A stretch of 20,000 bases of DNA, from the IMG/VR virus record IMGVR_UViG_3300042867_000160; one strand, given 5' to 3'. Below the pieces are notes generated by a model. It was given only the letters and a program-made list of their open reading frames with translations. It had not been told where the DNA came from and did not search any database. Below are positions 7,434-16,020 of this stretch, one piece after another. This DNA comes from an uncultured virus (IMG/VR IMGVR_UViG_3300042867_000160) (Duplodnaviria > Heunggongvirae > Uroviricota > Caudoviricetes). Position numbers and translations under genes: made by a program. How positions within the stretch are numbered: the stretch's first letter is position 1; each line of letters opens with the position of its first letter.

Positions 7434-7811
7434 ATGAAAGATTTAAACTATTACACTGTGTACAACCAAGATGGTTTACATATGGGCTCATATCAAGATA
7501 AAGATTGGGCATATTACACTAAAGATAAATACAATGGTCACATCAAGGTAACAAGCGAAGCTATACCTAATAGAGACAATCATTTATACTATAGTGGTTT
7601 AGCTAAAAGAGCTATTAATCATCAACGACGTGTATTAATGCGTAGTTGTATTTATGCTCTTTGTTGTGTCATAATTATATTATATGCATTAGTGTATAAG
7701 ATAATGACAGAACCATTTGATATGGATGTGCATTTAGCATTTATGTTCTTTGGTATTATTGGTTGTGTATTTATTTATTTATTGTCACACGCAGAAAGGG
7801 GAGACGTTTAG
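7434..7811 (+). CDS. Hypothetical membrane protein (two C-terminal TM segments)
   Basis: 125 aa; hydrophobic runs CIYALCCVIIILYALVY and LAFMFFGIIGCVFIYLL. Confidence 0.75.
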   Translation: MKDLNYYTVYNQDGLHMGSYQDKDWAYYTKDKYNGHIKVTSEAIPNRDNHLYYSGLAKRAINHQRRVLMRSCIYALCCVIIILYALVYKIMTEPFDMDVHLAFMFFGIIGCVFIYLLSHAERGDV

Positions 7812-7823
7812 TCTCTCTTTTTT
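7795..7823 (+). terminator. Intrinsic terminator
   Basis: AAAGGGGAGAC-GTTTA-GTCTCTCTTTTTT overlapping the TAG stop. Confidence 0.7.
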
Positions 7824-7841
7824 GTATAAATATATAGCATT

Positions 7842-8309
7842 ATGGACGTTGTCAAACTAAGAAAGCTAGCACACAAGAGTATGTGGACATATGGTAAATA
7901 TGATGGATACACTGTTTCAAATATAATAATCACTAACAAGATATATTTGTTATGGGCTTATTATAATCTTGAGAAGATATCATTTATAGATGAAATACTT
8001 GATGATTTTGCTAATACATATGATAACTTTAAGCTTATTGATAAGCCAGGTAAAGATCCTGATTATTATAAAAGTATAAGAAGATTTTCTTATAATGATT
8101 TAACTAAACAACAGCTGTTTAATAAAATGACTGCTAATAGAATTAATGGTAAACAACACAGTCAAGCTTTACTTACAGCTTATAGAAAAGCTAAATCAAA
8201 AGAAATACATTCTTTTAGAAATGAACATTTATCAAAAGAATCATTACAGGCATTGAATCATGGTAATTCATATAATATACAAGTTATAGTACGTCCAAAA
8301 AATAAATAA
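7842..8309 (+). CDS. Hypothetical protein with an N-terminal (F/Y)GKY.G...YLLW domain (ExoX C-terminal/DUF3820-like)
   Basis: MWTYGKYDGYTVSNIIITNKIYLLWAY matches the small FGKYKG...YLxW domain pattern; basic C-terminus. Confidence 0.6.
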   Translation: MDVVKLRKLAHKSMWTYGKYDGYTVSNIIITNKIYLLWAYYNLEKISFIDEILDDFANTYDNFKLIDKPGKDPDYYKSIRRFSYNDLTKQQLFNKMTANRINGKQHSQALLTAYRKAKSKEIHSFRNEHLSKESLQALNHGNSYNIQVIVRPKNK

Positions 8310-8310
8310 C

Positions 8311-8478
8311 ATGGAGAGATTAAATTATATATTTCCTATGCTAGTGGGAGTGCTAGCATTTATTAATTTTATATGGATGATGAGCTTTCCATATTATGAC
8401 ATTGCTCTTGTATCATTGTGTATATCTATGATATGTATTGCAATAGCAATCATTGAAAGAAATAAAAACCACCACTAA
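8311..8478 (+). CDS. Small membrane protein (55 aa)
   Basis: Not in track; MERLNYIFPMLVGVLAFINFIWMMSFPYYDIALVSLCISMICIAIAIIERNKNHH, starting 1 nt after the previous stop. Confidence 0.6.
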   Translation: MERLNYIFPMLVGVLAFINFIWMMSFPYYDIALVSLCISMICIAIAIIERNKNHH

Positions 8479-8515
8479 TACATAAATTATCCACACATTC
8501 TAAATCATCAATAAG

Positions 8516-8662
8516 ATGAAAACATTTAACGTTTCCTTACAACAATATTTATGTTGGTGTAAAACCTATCCATTAGTGATGCATGACTACGCTTATGCCA
8601 ATAACTATGTGATGGTAAAGATTAAAATTAGCATTCTCAAACAATTAATGGGGGGCTATTAA
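8516..8662 (+). CDS. Small hypothetical protein (48 aa)
   Basis: Not in track; MKTFNVSLQQYLCWCKTYPLVMHDYAYANNYVMVKIKISILKQLMGGY with an A-rich leader. Confidence 0.55.
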   Translation: MKTFNVSLQQYLCWCKTYPLVMHDYAYANNYVMVKIKISILKQLMGGY

Positions 8663-8695
8663 CACTATTGATTTAGGTTAAAAGGTTGAATGCAT

Positions 8696-8727
8696 AGAGC
8701 TCTTGGACATTGTCCTTGAGCTCTTTT
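8696..8727 (+). terminator. Terminator-like hairpin
   Basis: AGAGCTC-TT-GGACA-T-TGTCC-TT-GAGCTCT followed by TTT. Confidence 0.6.
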
Positions 8728-8754
8728 ATTATTCATTTATTAAATAACAATACT

Positions 8755-9951
8755 ATGAAGCCAGCTTATCCAGTTATTAACAATCACAAAGAATGTAACA
8801 AATGTCATATTACAAAGCAAGTTTCTGAATTTGGTAAATGGAAGAGTGCTAGTGGTTTATATCTTCTTACTTCAGACTGTAAGAAATGCAGAGCTGAATA
8901 TCAAATAAAAAGAAATAGAGCTGCAGGAATGAAACCTCGTAATGAGTATCCAGTTACTGATGGACATAAAGAGTGTGCTGACTGTCATACTATAAAACCA
9001 GTTTCTGAATATTGGAAGGCAGTGAATCCAAGTGGAAAGATTACATATGATAGATTATGTAAGATATGTATGAAAAAAAGTTTGGTAGTAAAAGCTAGGC
9101 TAAAAGGAGTACAACCTATGAAAAGACGTCTAGTTATTGATGGTCACAGTGAATGTAGTACGTGTCATGTAGTAAAACCTTTATCTGACTATGTTTTAAG
9201 AAAGAATAAGGATGGATTACCTTCACCATCTGCTCACTGTAAAGAATGTACTAATAAAAAGCAAGTAGAAAGAGCTAGACTAAAAGGAATACAGCCTAAG
9301 AAGTATTATCCTGTAATTGATGACATGAAACTATGCGGTAAATGTAATGTTACAAAGCCAATTAGTGAGTATTCAAATAATCGACACCACTGTAAAGATT
9401 GTATGCGTGTTTATTTTATAAACGCGAGGAGATTAAAAGGTGTACAGCCTAAGAAATGTTATCCTATCATTGATGGTCATAGACAATGCGTTAGATGTAA
9501 TCAAGTAAAATTAGTTGATCAGTATAGAAAAAGTCCTAGAAACAAATTAGGTATACTAGGACATTGTATAGAATGTGATCTAAAAGAAAACCTACAATAC
9601 AGAAGAGCTAAAGGCATGGTTCCAAAAACATTTGTTGCTCATCCTATTATTGATGGCTTAAAGCAATGTTATGTATGTAATGAAAATCTTTCTGTTGAAC
9701 AGTTCTCAGTAAATAGTAAAGGACATATGGGACATTCGTGCAAAGCATGTAATAGCAAAAAAGAAAGACCTTATCGTATTAAATACTACAAAAGAGATTC
9801 TGAAGGATTAACTGATAATTATCTTGCAATGGTTATACGTCGACATGTTCCTATTCATAAAAAGGATATTCCTGAAGACATCTTTCATATATTCAGAGAA
9901 AAGATTAAGATTCAACGTAAAATTAAAGAAGTAAAGAATTTAAACCAATAA
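8755..9951 (+). CDS. Protein with six tandem C4 zinc-finger repeats
   Basis: Likely start is the ATG at 8755 (MKPAYP). Six CxxC...CxxC units of about 50-60 aa, linked by R(L/A)KG(V/I/M)xP...P(V/I)IDG; helical C-terminus LTDNY...DIPEDIF. Confidence 0.85.
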   Translation: MKPAYPVINNHKECNKCHITKQVSEFGKWKSASGLYLLTSDCKKCRAEYQIKRNRAAGMKPRNEYPVTDGHKECADCHTIKPVSEYWKAVNPSGKITYDRLCKICMKKSLVVKARLKGVQPMKRRLVIDGHSECSTCHVVKPLSDYVLRKNKDGLPSPSAHCKECTNKKQVERARLKGIQPKKYYPVIDDMKLCGKCNVTKPISEYSNNRHHCKDCMRVYFINARRLKGVQPKKCYPIIDGHRQCVRCNQVKLVDQYRKSPRNKLGILGHCIECDLKENLQYRRAKGMVPKTFVAHPIIDGLKQCYVCNENLSVEQFSVNSKGHMGHSCKACNSKKERPYRIKYYKRDSEGLTDNYLAMVIRRHVPIHKKDIPEDIFHIFREKIKIQRKIKEVKNLNQ

Positions 9952-9961
9952 ATACATAGAA

Positions 9962-10225
9962 ATGGCAAAGACAGTAAAAAAAGAAGAAATAGCTACAATA
10001 GCACAAGGCTTAATTGTAGTTACTAAAACAGATCGTTCTAAGTCTGTTCGTTTGGTCCTTCAAGATATGGGAGATTCATTAAAGACCAATTTTGACAAAA
10101 CAGCAGATTTAAAAACTGCACTAGCTGCAATTACCGCATATAATTCGGCAATTACCATTGTTAAAACACAAGTGATGTACAAGAGATTAACTGGTACTCC
10201 TGGTAAAATAGATTTTTTCGAGTAA
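9962..10225 (+). CDS. Hypothetical helical protein, probable partner of the Zn-finger protein
   Basis: 87 aa, 10 nt downstream of the Zn-finger gene, ends KTQVMYKRLTGTPGKIDFFE. Confidence 0.75.
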   Translation: MAKTVKKEEIATIAQGLIVVTKTDRSKSVRLVLQDMGDSLKTNFDKTADLKTALAAITAYNSAITIVKTQVMYKRLTGTPGKIDFFE

Positions 10226-10252
10226 TTATTCACCTTTTAAACATGTATAAAC

Positions 10253-10624
10253 ATGAGACAACAATCGATTGAGCTATTACAAATAGCTAAAGACTTACGT
10301 GATTATATAATATCATTAAATCTTTCACAAGATATAAATGAAGAAGGTAATTCTGTTGGTATTAATTTACGCATATCAAATAGAGTGCGTATACACTTAC
10401 ATTCAGTACATGAATATTGTAGCCTGGAGTTTTCTAATTGGCCTAAAACAGTGAATGTATCATTGTTTGAGAAAGATGGATATGCTAATAATACTGTCAC
10501 TATTAATGTAGAATCAATAGATGATGTAGAATTACAAACTATTATTTTGTTAGTTCAAGCAGATATTGCTATATTTAAGGCCGAAAAACTAATCGAAGAA
10601 TGTACTACACAGCAGTCAAATTAG
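10253..10624 (+). CDS. Hypothetical protein
   Basis: 123 aa ORF preceded by an ACCTTTTAAACA leader. Confidence 0.7.
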   Translation: MRQQSIELLQIAKDLRDYIISLNLSQDINEEGNSVGINLRISNRVRIHLHSVHEYCSLEFSNWPKTVNVSLFEKDGYANNTVTINVESIDDVELQTIILLVQADIAIFKAEKLIEECTTQQSN

Positions 10625-11064
10625 TATACAGACACTACGAGCCTGGACCATTAGAGAAAGGTATGTTGTTTGCTGTTATAGCAAATGTAAATGATTATGA
10701 GTATTTACATTTGCATGCTCTTGAAACCATTCCACGTGATATTGAAACATATATACTTGAGAATGGCTTTCCTGTTAAACCCTATTTAGTACAAGCGGTT
10801 GATTCCAATCCAGATACTCCTGAAGTTGTTGTTGCATATCCTGATCAAATTGATTGGATAGAATACTTCAATGATGAGTATCAAATGGATGTTAATATGA
10901 TGAACTATATATCCTTAAACGATCATGGATATGTAGCATTATATATGGGAGATGACAAGGCTATACTAGATGAGGATAAGAAGGTAATAATATGTGATGT
11001 AGATTATTTATTATCATATGATCAAGACTATGATGACGATGATGATGAAGAAATAATAAACTAG
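10600..11064 (+). CDS. Acidic hypothetical protein
   Basis: 154 aa ORF with Asp-rich tail, operon packing. Confidence 0.75.
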   Translation: MYYTAVKLVYRHYEPGPLEKGMLFAVIANVNDYEYLHLHALETIPRDIETYILENGFPVKPYLVQAVDSNPDTPEVVVAYPDQIDWIEYFNDEYQMDVNMMNYISLNDHGYVALYMGDDKAILDEDKKVIICDVDYLLSYDQDYDDDDDEEIIN

Positions 11065-11070
11065 AAAGCA

Positions 11071-11613
11071 ATGTTAAAGTATACGTATTTAAATGCAACA
11101 CAAAAGCAAAAGGTAAGAGATTTCTTTCTAGCTAAGTTTAAATTTGAGCATGTTGTGGGACTAGCAGGTCCAGACATTAATCAATACATTGATAGATTAG
11201 CATCAGAGGGATGTAAACAATTTGAGATTTATGAAAATGATTCTCAAACATTTATGTCTCAGGTGTTTAATCTCAAAACGCCTGTTCATATGATATATGG
11301 TGATATATTAACTGCAGATGCAGATAGAGATGATACATTGTACGATCTTGATTTCTGTAGATCTGTAAATCATTTAACACCACATATTAGGAAGTTTCAA
11401 AATAACTTCATGATGACATTTAGTATAAGAATAAAAGGAGGATTAGATACCACTACAAAGATATTCTTTGATTCAAGAAATGAATCAATTATATCACGTA
11501 CAGATATTACATCACCTATAGTTCATACTGAATACATCACAACTAAAGGAAAATATTTATTCACGCAATATTATGACACATCACCAATGTGTACTATTGC
11601 AAAAATCAATTAG
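11071..11613 (+). CDS. Putative class I SAM-dependent methyltransferase-like protein
   Basis: 180 aa; VVGLAGP (motif I-like), FEIYEND (acidic end of beta-2), IYGDI, LYDLDFC (motif IV-like). Confidence 0.5.
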   Translation: MLKYTYLNATQKQKVRDFFLAKFKFEHVVGLAGPDINQYIDRLASEGCKQFEIYENDSQTFMSQVFNLKTPVHMIYGDILTADADRDDTLYDLDFCRSVNHLTPHIRKFQNNFMMTFSIRIKGGLDTTTKIFFDSRNESIISRTDITSPIVHTEYITTKGKYLFTQYYDTSPMCTIAKIN

Positions 11614-11617
11614 TAAA

Positions 11618-11947
11618 ATGGAAAAGAATTATTTTTATTCACAAACTGAGCTTGGAGATATGATTCATGCTCTTTCAACATCAAATACATCAGTAGCATC
11701 ATTAGCACGAGAGTTTGCAGTTAAGTATAACCGTGGAATGATTGGTGTATCTATGAAACTACACACTCTTGCTAAAGGTATAGTGAGACCAGTGAGAGAT
11801 AAGATTCAAAAACCTGCAAAGATTATTGTTGAGAAAGTAAAATTGCCAAAAAACATTGGTATTGATGTACCAGAAGGTACAAGTTTTGACTTTAAACATG
11901 TTAAACGTGTAGTGTTACAAAAGAAATCATTAACAATTTATTTTTAA
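11618..11947 (+). CDS. Hypothetical protein (109 aa, possible N-terminal HTH)
   Basis: Start reassigned to ATG 11618 (MEKNYFYSQTE), 4 nt after the previous stop; SVASLAREFAVKYNR is HTH-like. Confidence 0.65.
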   Translation: MEKNYFYSQTELGDMIHALSTSNTSVASLAREFAVKYNRGMIGVSMKLHTLAKGIVRPVRDKIQKPAKIIVEKVKLPKNIGIDVPEGTSFDFKHVKRVVLQKKSLTIYF

Positions 11948-11959
11948 ACCAATAATTAT

Positions 11960-12178
11960 ATGTCTATTAAAACTAGAGTGGGTAACCTTGTTCATGTTAA
12001 GAACCAGAACAAGAAGAAAACAGCTAATAATGAGTATTATGCTGTAGTATTGAAGAACAGTAGTAATTATGCTCCTTATCTGTTTACAGAAGTGGAGATT
12101 GCTGTAGCACAGGAACGTGCTCGTAAGAATCCTGAAGATCAAGCAGAACGTAGTTTAGCATCTAAGGTGTTAGACTAA
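11960..12178 (+). CDS. Hypothetical protein
   Basis: 72 aa; TAATG coupling to the next gene. Confidence 0.7.
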   Translation: MSIKTRVGNLVHVKNQNKKKTANNEYYAVVLKNSSNYAPYLFTEVEIAVAQERARKNPEDQAERSLASKVLD

Positions 12179-12438
12179 TGATATCTGAACAGTTACGAAA
12201 CAAATTAGAGTTGTGGTTATTGATCACAACTCTAATCGTAATGATTATAAGTTTTATATTATTTGTATTTTTGTATGTAACTACAGTTAGAATAGAAGGA
12301 AAGTCTGAGATGCATGCTAGTACAATTAAATATGAAGCTTTTGGAATCGTTACAAGCGAGGATATCTATATTGATAATATGGAAAAACGTAGATACACAT
12401 CACATGGTAGATTAATTTTAAATAAATCTGAACAATGA
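12178..12438 (+). CDS. Hypothetical membrane protein
   Basis: 86 aa with an N-terminal hydrophobic helix. Confidence 0.65.
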   Translation: MISEQLRNKLELWLLITTLIVMIISFILFVFLYVTTVRIEGKSEMHASTIKYEAFGIVTSEDIYIDNMEKRRYTSHGRLILNKSEQ

Positions 12439-12542
12439 GAGATCAAGGAAAAAAAGAATCATCACATGAGTTATCATTTGAGATTATATTTTGGTCATAT
12501 TTAGTAATTATTATAGTATTAATATTTTTATCACTACTATGA
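12435..12542 (+). CDS. Small membrane peptide (35 aa)
   Basis: Not in track; MRDQGKKESSHELSFEIIFWSYLVIIIVLIFLSLL with ATGA overlaps at both ends. Confidence 0.6.
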   Translation: MRDQGKKESSHELSFEIIFWSYLVIIIVLIFLSLL

Positions 12543-12808
12543 GCACAACAAGAGGAAGAACGCACGCAGACTTCTATCATCCAACACAGGATGATGTATA
12601 TTGTAGTGTAGAAATTAAATGGGCTCATCATACATCACAAGCTACATTAGAACAGCCAGGCGATGATGATGTGGTCATTGAGGATACTAAACTAATCACA
12701 TATTGTGGTGAATATGTTAACAAGATGGAAGTGCCTGATTGGATAACTCTTGATGATATATATGAAGCAATAGATCCAATGGATTATTATGGAGACGATG
12801 AAGATTAA
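12539..12808 (+). CDS. Acidic hypothetical protein (89 aa, MSTTRGRTH...)
   Basis: Start reassigned to the ATGA overlap at 12539. Confidence 0.7.
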   Translation: MSTTRGRTHADFYHPTQDDVYCSVEIKWAHHTSQATLEQPGDDDVVIEDTKLITYCGEYVNKMEVPDWITLDDIYEAIDPMDYYGDDED

Positions 12809-13058
12809 ACTACATCCAATTTTTTATGTTTTAACATTTGCAGGCATCGTGATGGTGTCTGCTATAATTAATCAAACTATGAACAACAAAGCACCAGAAA
12901 TAGAATCACCAAGTGTGATTAGAGGCATTGTCTCTGTTTATAAATCTATTAACAATGAGCTTGTGCTAGAACATGAGCGCAACAAGAGACACTATCTTGA
13001 GAAATACAACCTACGTGAGATCAAAACTAATAGAACCAGGACAGCACTTGAACAATGA
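12798..13058 (+). CDS. Hypothetical membrane-anchored protein
   Basis: MKIKLHPIFYVLTFAGIVMVSAII N-terminal TM/signal segment; alternative start at 12789. Confidence 0.65.
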   Translation: MKIKLHPIFYVLTFAGIVMVSAIINQTMNNKAPEIESPSVIRGIVSVYKSINNELVLEHERNKRHYLEKYNLREIKTNRTRTALEQ

Positions 13059-13186
13059 AATCCTATCAAAGAAGTAAAATAATCATTTGGTTAGAAGACT
13101 TTGTTTATAACATTGTTATTAGAATAATGAGAGTAGCCATATGGGTAATTGATAAACAAAAACAAAGAAATGACAGAAATATATAA
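13055..13186 (+). CDS. Small hypothetical protein (43 aa)
   Basis: Not in track; MKSYQRSKIIIWLEDFVYNIVIRIMRVAIWVIDKQKQRNDRNI; ATGA overlap and fills the gap between neighbours. Confidence 0.5.
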   Translation: MKSYQRSKIIIWLEDFVYNIVIRIMRVAIWVIDKQKQRNDRNI

Positions 13187-13334
13187 CTATGTATTCCACT
13201 ATAATCATCATGAAGAGTTGTGGTGGGCTATTCCAAGAGAGAGTTATCTTGATTATTGGAATGGGGATAAATATGAATGCTTATTTGCATTAACAATGAA
13301 AGATTTAATAGAGATAATAAAAGATGGAAAATAA
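13170..13334 (+). CDS. Small hypothetical protein (54 aa, MTEIYNYVFHYN...)
   Basis: ATG after an A-rich leader; overlaps the polymerase start. Confidence 0.65.
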   Translation: MTEIYNYVFHYNHHEELWWAIPRESYLDYWNGDKYECLFALTMKDLIEIIKDGK

Positions 13335-15285
13335 TCTAAAGGTGTTGATTTTTGACATTGAAACGATGCAAGAGTTGTTTCTTATTAACATACTTGATCC
13401 AGAATTACATGAACAACATGAATTCATGGTGAGTAGATGGCACAACAATCTTGACGCATTTGTTAAATTCATAGAACAACACCCTGATTATTATTGGGTG
13501 GGATACAATAATTTAAGATTTGACAGTCAAGTGGTAGAATGGGTTATTCGTAACTACGAACAATGGCACCAGTTAGACGGACTAGAGATATGTGCTAAAA
13601 TAGCACAGAAAGCTCAAGATGTAATACATGATGCTAACTTTGATGTATGGCCTGAATATAGAGAAATAGATTTGTCTATGAAGCAAATAGATTTATTCAA
13701 AGTAGCCCATTACGACAATAAAAATCGAATGGTTAGTCTAAAGAGACTTGAGTTTGAGATGGATTTGGAGAACATCGAAGAGATGCCTATTCACCATACA
13801 AAAGTGGATATGACACAAGAAGAGATTCAAATAACTCGTGGCTATTGTAAGAATGATGTATATGCCACTTATGAATTTTACAAAGTACTAAGAGGTAACA
13901 CTACACATCCATTATACGAAGGTCAAGATCAAATACAATTGAGACTTGACATCCAGGAAGAGTTTAACATTCCTTGTCTTAACTATTCTGATTCTAAGAT
14001 TGGTGATGAGATGATTAAGAAGTATTATTGTGAGGAGACACACACAACGTATGAAAATCTACCAAAGAAAGGATTCTTTCGTAAGGAGATTAAAGTGAAA
14101 CAATGTATAGGAACGTATGTAACTTTTACAACGCCACAGCTAAAAGAGTTTCTCAAAAGAATGAAAGCGTTAGTATTGGGACTTAATGATGATTTTAAAG
14201 AAAGTATAACATTTTATGGCAACACTTATACGTTTGCTAAGGGTGGCTTACACACGGAAAACAAACCTGAAGTATTTGAAGCTGATGAAGATTATGAAAT
14301 CATTGATTGGGATGTTAGCAGTTATTATCCTGCTATTATTATCAATAATGGTAAATATCCTCAGCATCTTAGTAGAGGTTTTCTTAACGGTTATAAGCGT
14401 ATGTTTGAGAGGCGTCTTGAACTTAAGCCACAAGCTAAAAAGGACAAACGCATTGCAGGTATTGTTGGGGCTCTTAAGCTTGCTGTCAATTCTGTATACG
14501 GTAAGTCTTCTGACATGCAGAACTGGATCTATGACAGACAACTTACTATGTTTACTACTATCACTGGAGAGCTTAGCTTGCTTATGCTTATTGAAGCGTA
14601 TGAACTAGCAGATATACATGTTATATCAGCTAATACAGATGGTGTAACGATTAGGATAAAGAAAACTCATCTAGATAAGATGAATGAAATTAATGAATGG
14701 TGGCAAAAGTTAACAGAATATGAGCTTGAACGAACCGATTACAGTAGAATTATCTTTTCAACTGTCAACGATTACCTTGCAGTTAAAACAAATGGAGAAG
14801 TCAAAAAGAAGGGTGATTTTCTTACTGATTTTGAGTTGCACAAGAATAAGTCTGGTAGGGTTATTCCTATTGCGCTTGAACAATATTTTATTAATAGTAT
14901 TCCTGTTGCTGACACTATTGTTAATCATGGAAATATATATGATTTCGGTATGCGTCAAAGAGCTAACAAAGATTTCCATTTCGAAGGAAAAGCTGATGGT
15001 AAGACGACTGTCTACAATAAACTTATTAGGTTTTATATCTCTAATACAGGAGAAAAGCTCTTAAAGGTTAAGAATGTAGACTCTATGTCTGGCGCTGCAT
15101 CTGTATCACAAGTGGAAGCTGGTGAGTGGGTGATGACAGTGTGTAATCACCTCAAGAAAGATCATCCTCTAGATAATATTAATCATTCTTATTATATAGA
15201 AAGAGCAGAAAGAATTATTAACAAGATTGATTATAATGGTAAGAGAAGACCTGTAATCATCGCAAACCAACTAACGTTATGGTAG
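13324..15285 (+). CDS. DNA polymerase family B with 3'-5' exonuclease
   Basis: ExoI FDIET, ExoII GYNNLRFD, ExoIII YCKND; PolB motif A DWDVSSYYP, motif B KLAVNSVYGK, motif C variant SANTDG, then KKKG. Confidence 0.93.
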   Translation: MENNLKVLIFDIETMQELFLINILDPELHEQHEFMVSRWHNNLDAFVKFIEQHPDYYWVGYNNLRFDSQVVEWVIRNYEQWHQLDGLEICAKIAQKAQDVIHDANFDVWPEYREIDLSMKQIDLFKVAHYDNKNRMVSLKRLEFEMDLENIEEMPIHHTKVDMTQEEIQITRGYCKNDVYATYEFYKVLRGNTTHPLYEGQDQIQLRLDIQEEFNIPCLNYSDSKIGDEMIKKYYCEETHTTYENLPKKGFFRKEIKVKQCIGTYVTFTTPQLKEFLKRMKALVLGLNDDFKESITFYGNTYTFAKGGLHTENKPEVFEADEDYEIIDWDVSSYYPAIIINNGKYPQHLSRGFLNGYKRMFERRLELKPQAKKDKRIAGIVGALKLAVNSVYGKSSDMQNWIYDRQLTMFTTITGELSLLMLIEAYELADIHVISANTDGVTIRIKKTHLDKMNEINEWWQKLTEYELERTDYSRIIFSTVNDYLAVKTNGEVKKKGDFLTDFELHKNKSGRVIPIALEQYFINSIPVADTIVNHGNIYDFGMRQRANKDFHFEGKADGKTTVYNKLIRFYISNTGEKLLKVKNVDSMSGAASVSQVEAGEWVMTVCNHLKKDHPLDNINHSYYIERAERIINKIDYNGKRRPVIIANQLTLW

Positions 15286-15626
15286 AAAAAACAATCACAA
15301 TGTCAATGTATGAGTATAAAATGCTATCATTAGATGCTGAAATAGCTAGAGAAGCATATAATCAGCTCAAAGAAGAAAAGATGGTTTTTCTTACTGTAGG
15401 AACACGTGCCATGGACATTAGTCAAATGAGTGGTCAAATAGTTGATAAAGACGAATTGCTTAGTAAGATGCAAAAACATTTATCTTTAATGAAAAAACGA
15501 GGTGAAGAACGTGAAACTAATTATACACAACGTATTGCAACTTTAGAGAAACAATTATCTATAATACAAGCACCTGTAGAAGCTGCAAAAGCTGTCACTA
15601 AATGGTGGCATAAACTATTAAAATAA
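15279..15626 (+). CDS. Hypothetical coiled-coil protein
   Basis: 115 aa, ends KWWHKLLK. Confidence 0.7.
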   Translation: MVEKTITMSMYEYKMLSLDAEIAREAYNQLKEEKMVFLTVGTRAMDISQMSGQIVDKDELLSKMQKHLSLMKKRGEERETNYTQRIATLEKQLSIIQAPVEAAKAVTKWWHKLLK

Positions 15627-15627
15627 T

Positions 15628-16020
15628 ATGGCAGGAACAGAAAAACAAAGAGAAGAGATCAATAGGAAGTTGGTCTCTATGCAAATGGAAATGATAGGAC
15701 TCACCTATGATGACGCAGTGAATACACCAGAATTCTGGAGAGTGTATACATTGACAACAGAACAAACAGAAGCATGGCGTAAGCTAGCTATTCCACTTAT
15801 TAAGAAAACATTTAAATGTAATAAGGGAAGAGCAGAGATGACGTTAGGTATGTTTGAGCTTAATCTTGGCTTACGTATACATGATGAATGGGAAGGAGAA
15901 GAGTTCTTTGATACAACACACATTCATACAACTATACCACCTGAAGCACAGTTGCTTAAAAATCAACAGCCTACATTCTGGCAGAAGATTAAGAAGTTCT
16001 TTGTAGGATATTATGATTAA
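15628..16020 (+). CDS. Hypothetical protein
   Basis: 130 aa, ends in amphipathic TFWQKIKKFF. Confidence 0.75.
   Translation: MAGTEKQREEINRKLVSMQMEMIGLTYDDAVNTPEFWRVYTLTTEQTEAWRKLAIPLIKKTFKCNKGRAEMTLGMFELNLGLRIHDEWEGEEFFDTTHIHTTIPPEAQLLKNQQPTFWQKIKKFFVGYYD

Noticed and set aside
14216..15064. Alternative-frame and antisense ORFs inside the polymerase
   Set aside because: Fully nested in PolB with no independent signals. The same applies to 4009-4221, 4492-4689, 4772-4975, 5540-5791, 5715-5936, 10303-10500, 11930-12142, 12443-12631, 15705-15923, 16538-16732, 17531-17734, 18479-18967, 18985-19179 and 19340-19534.
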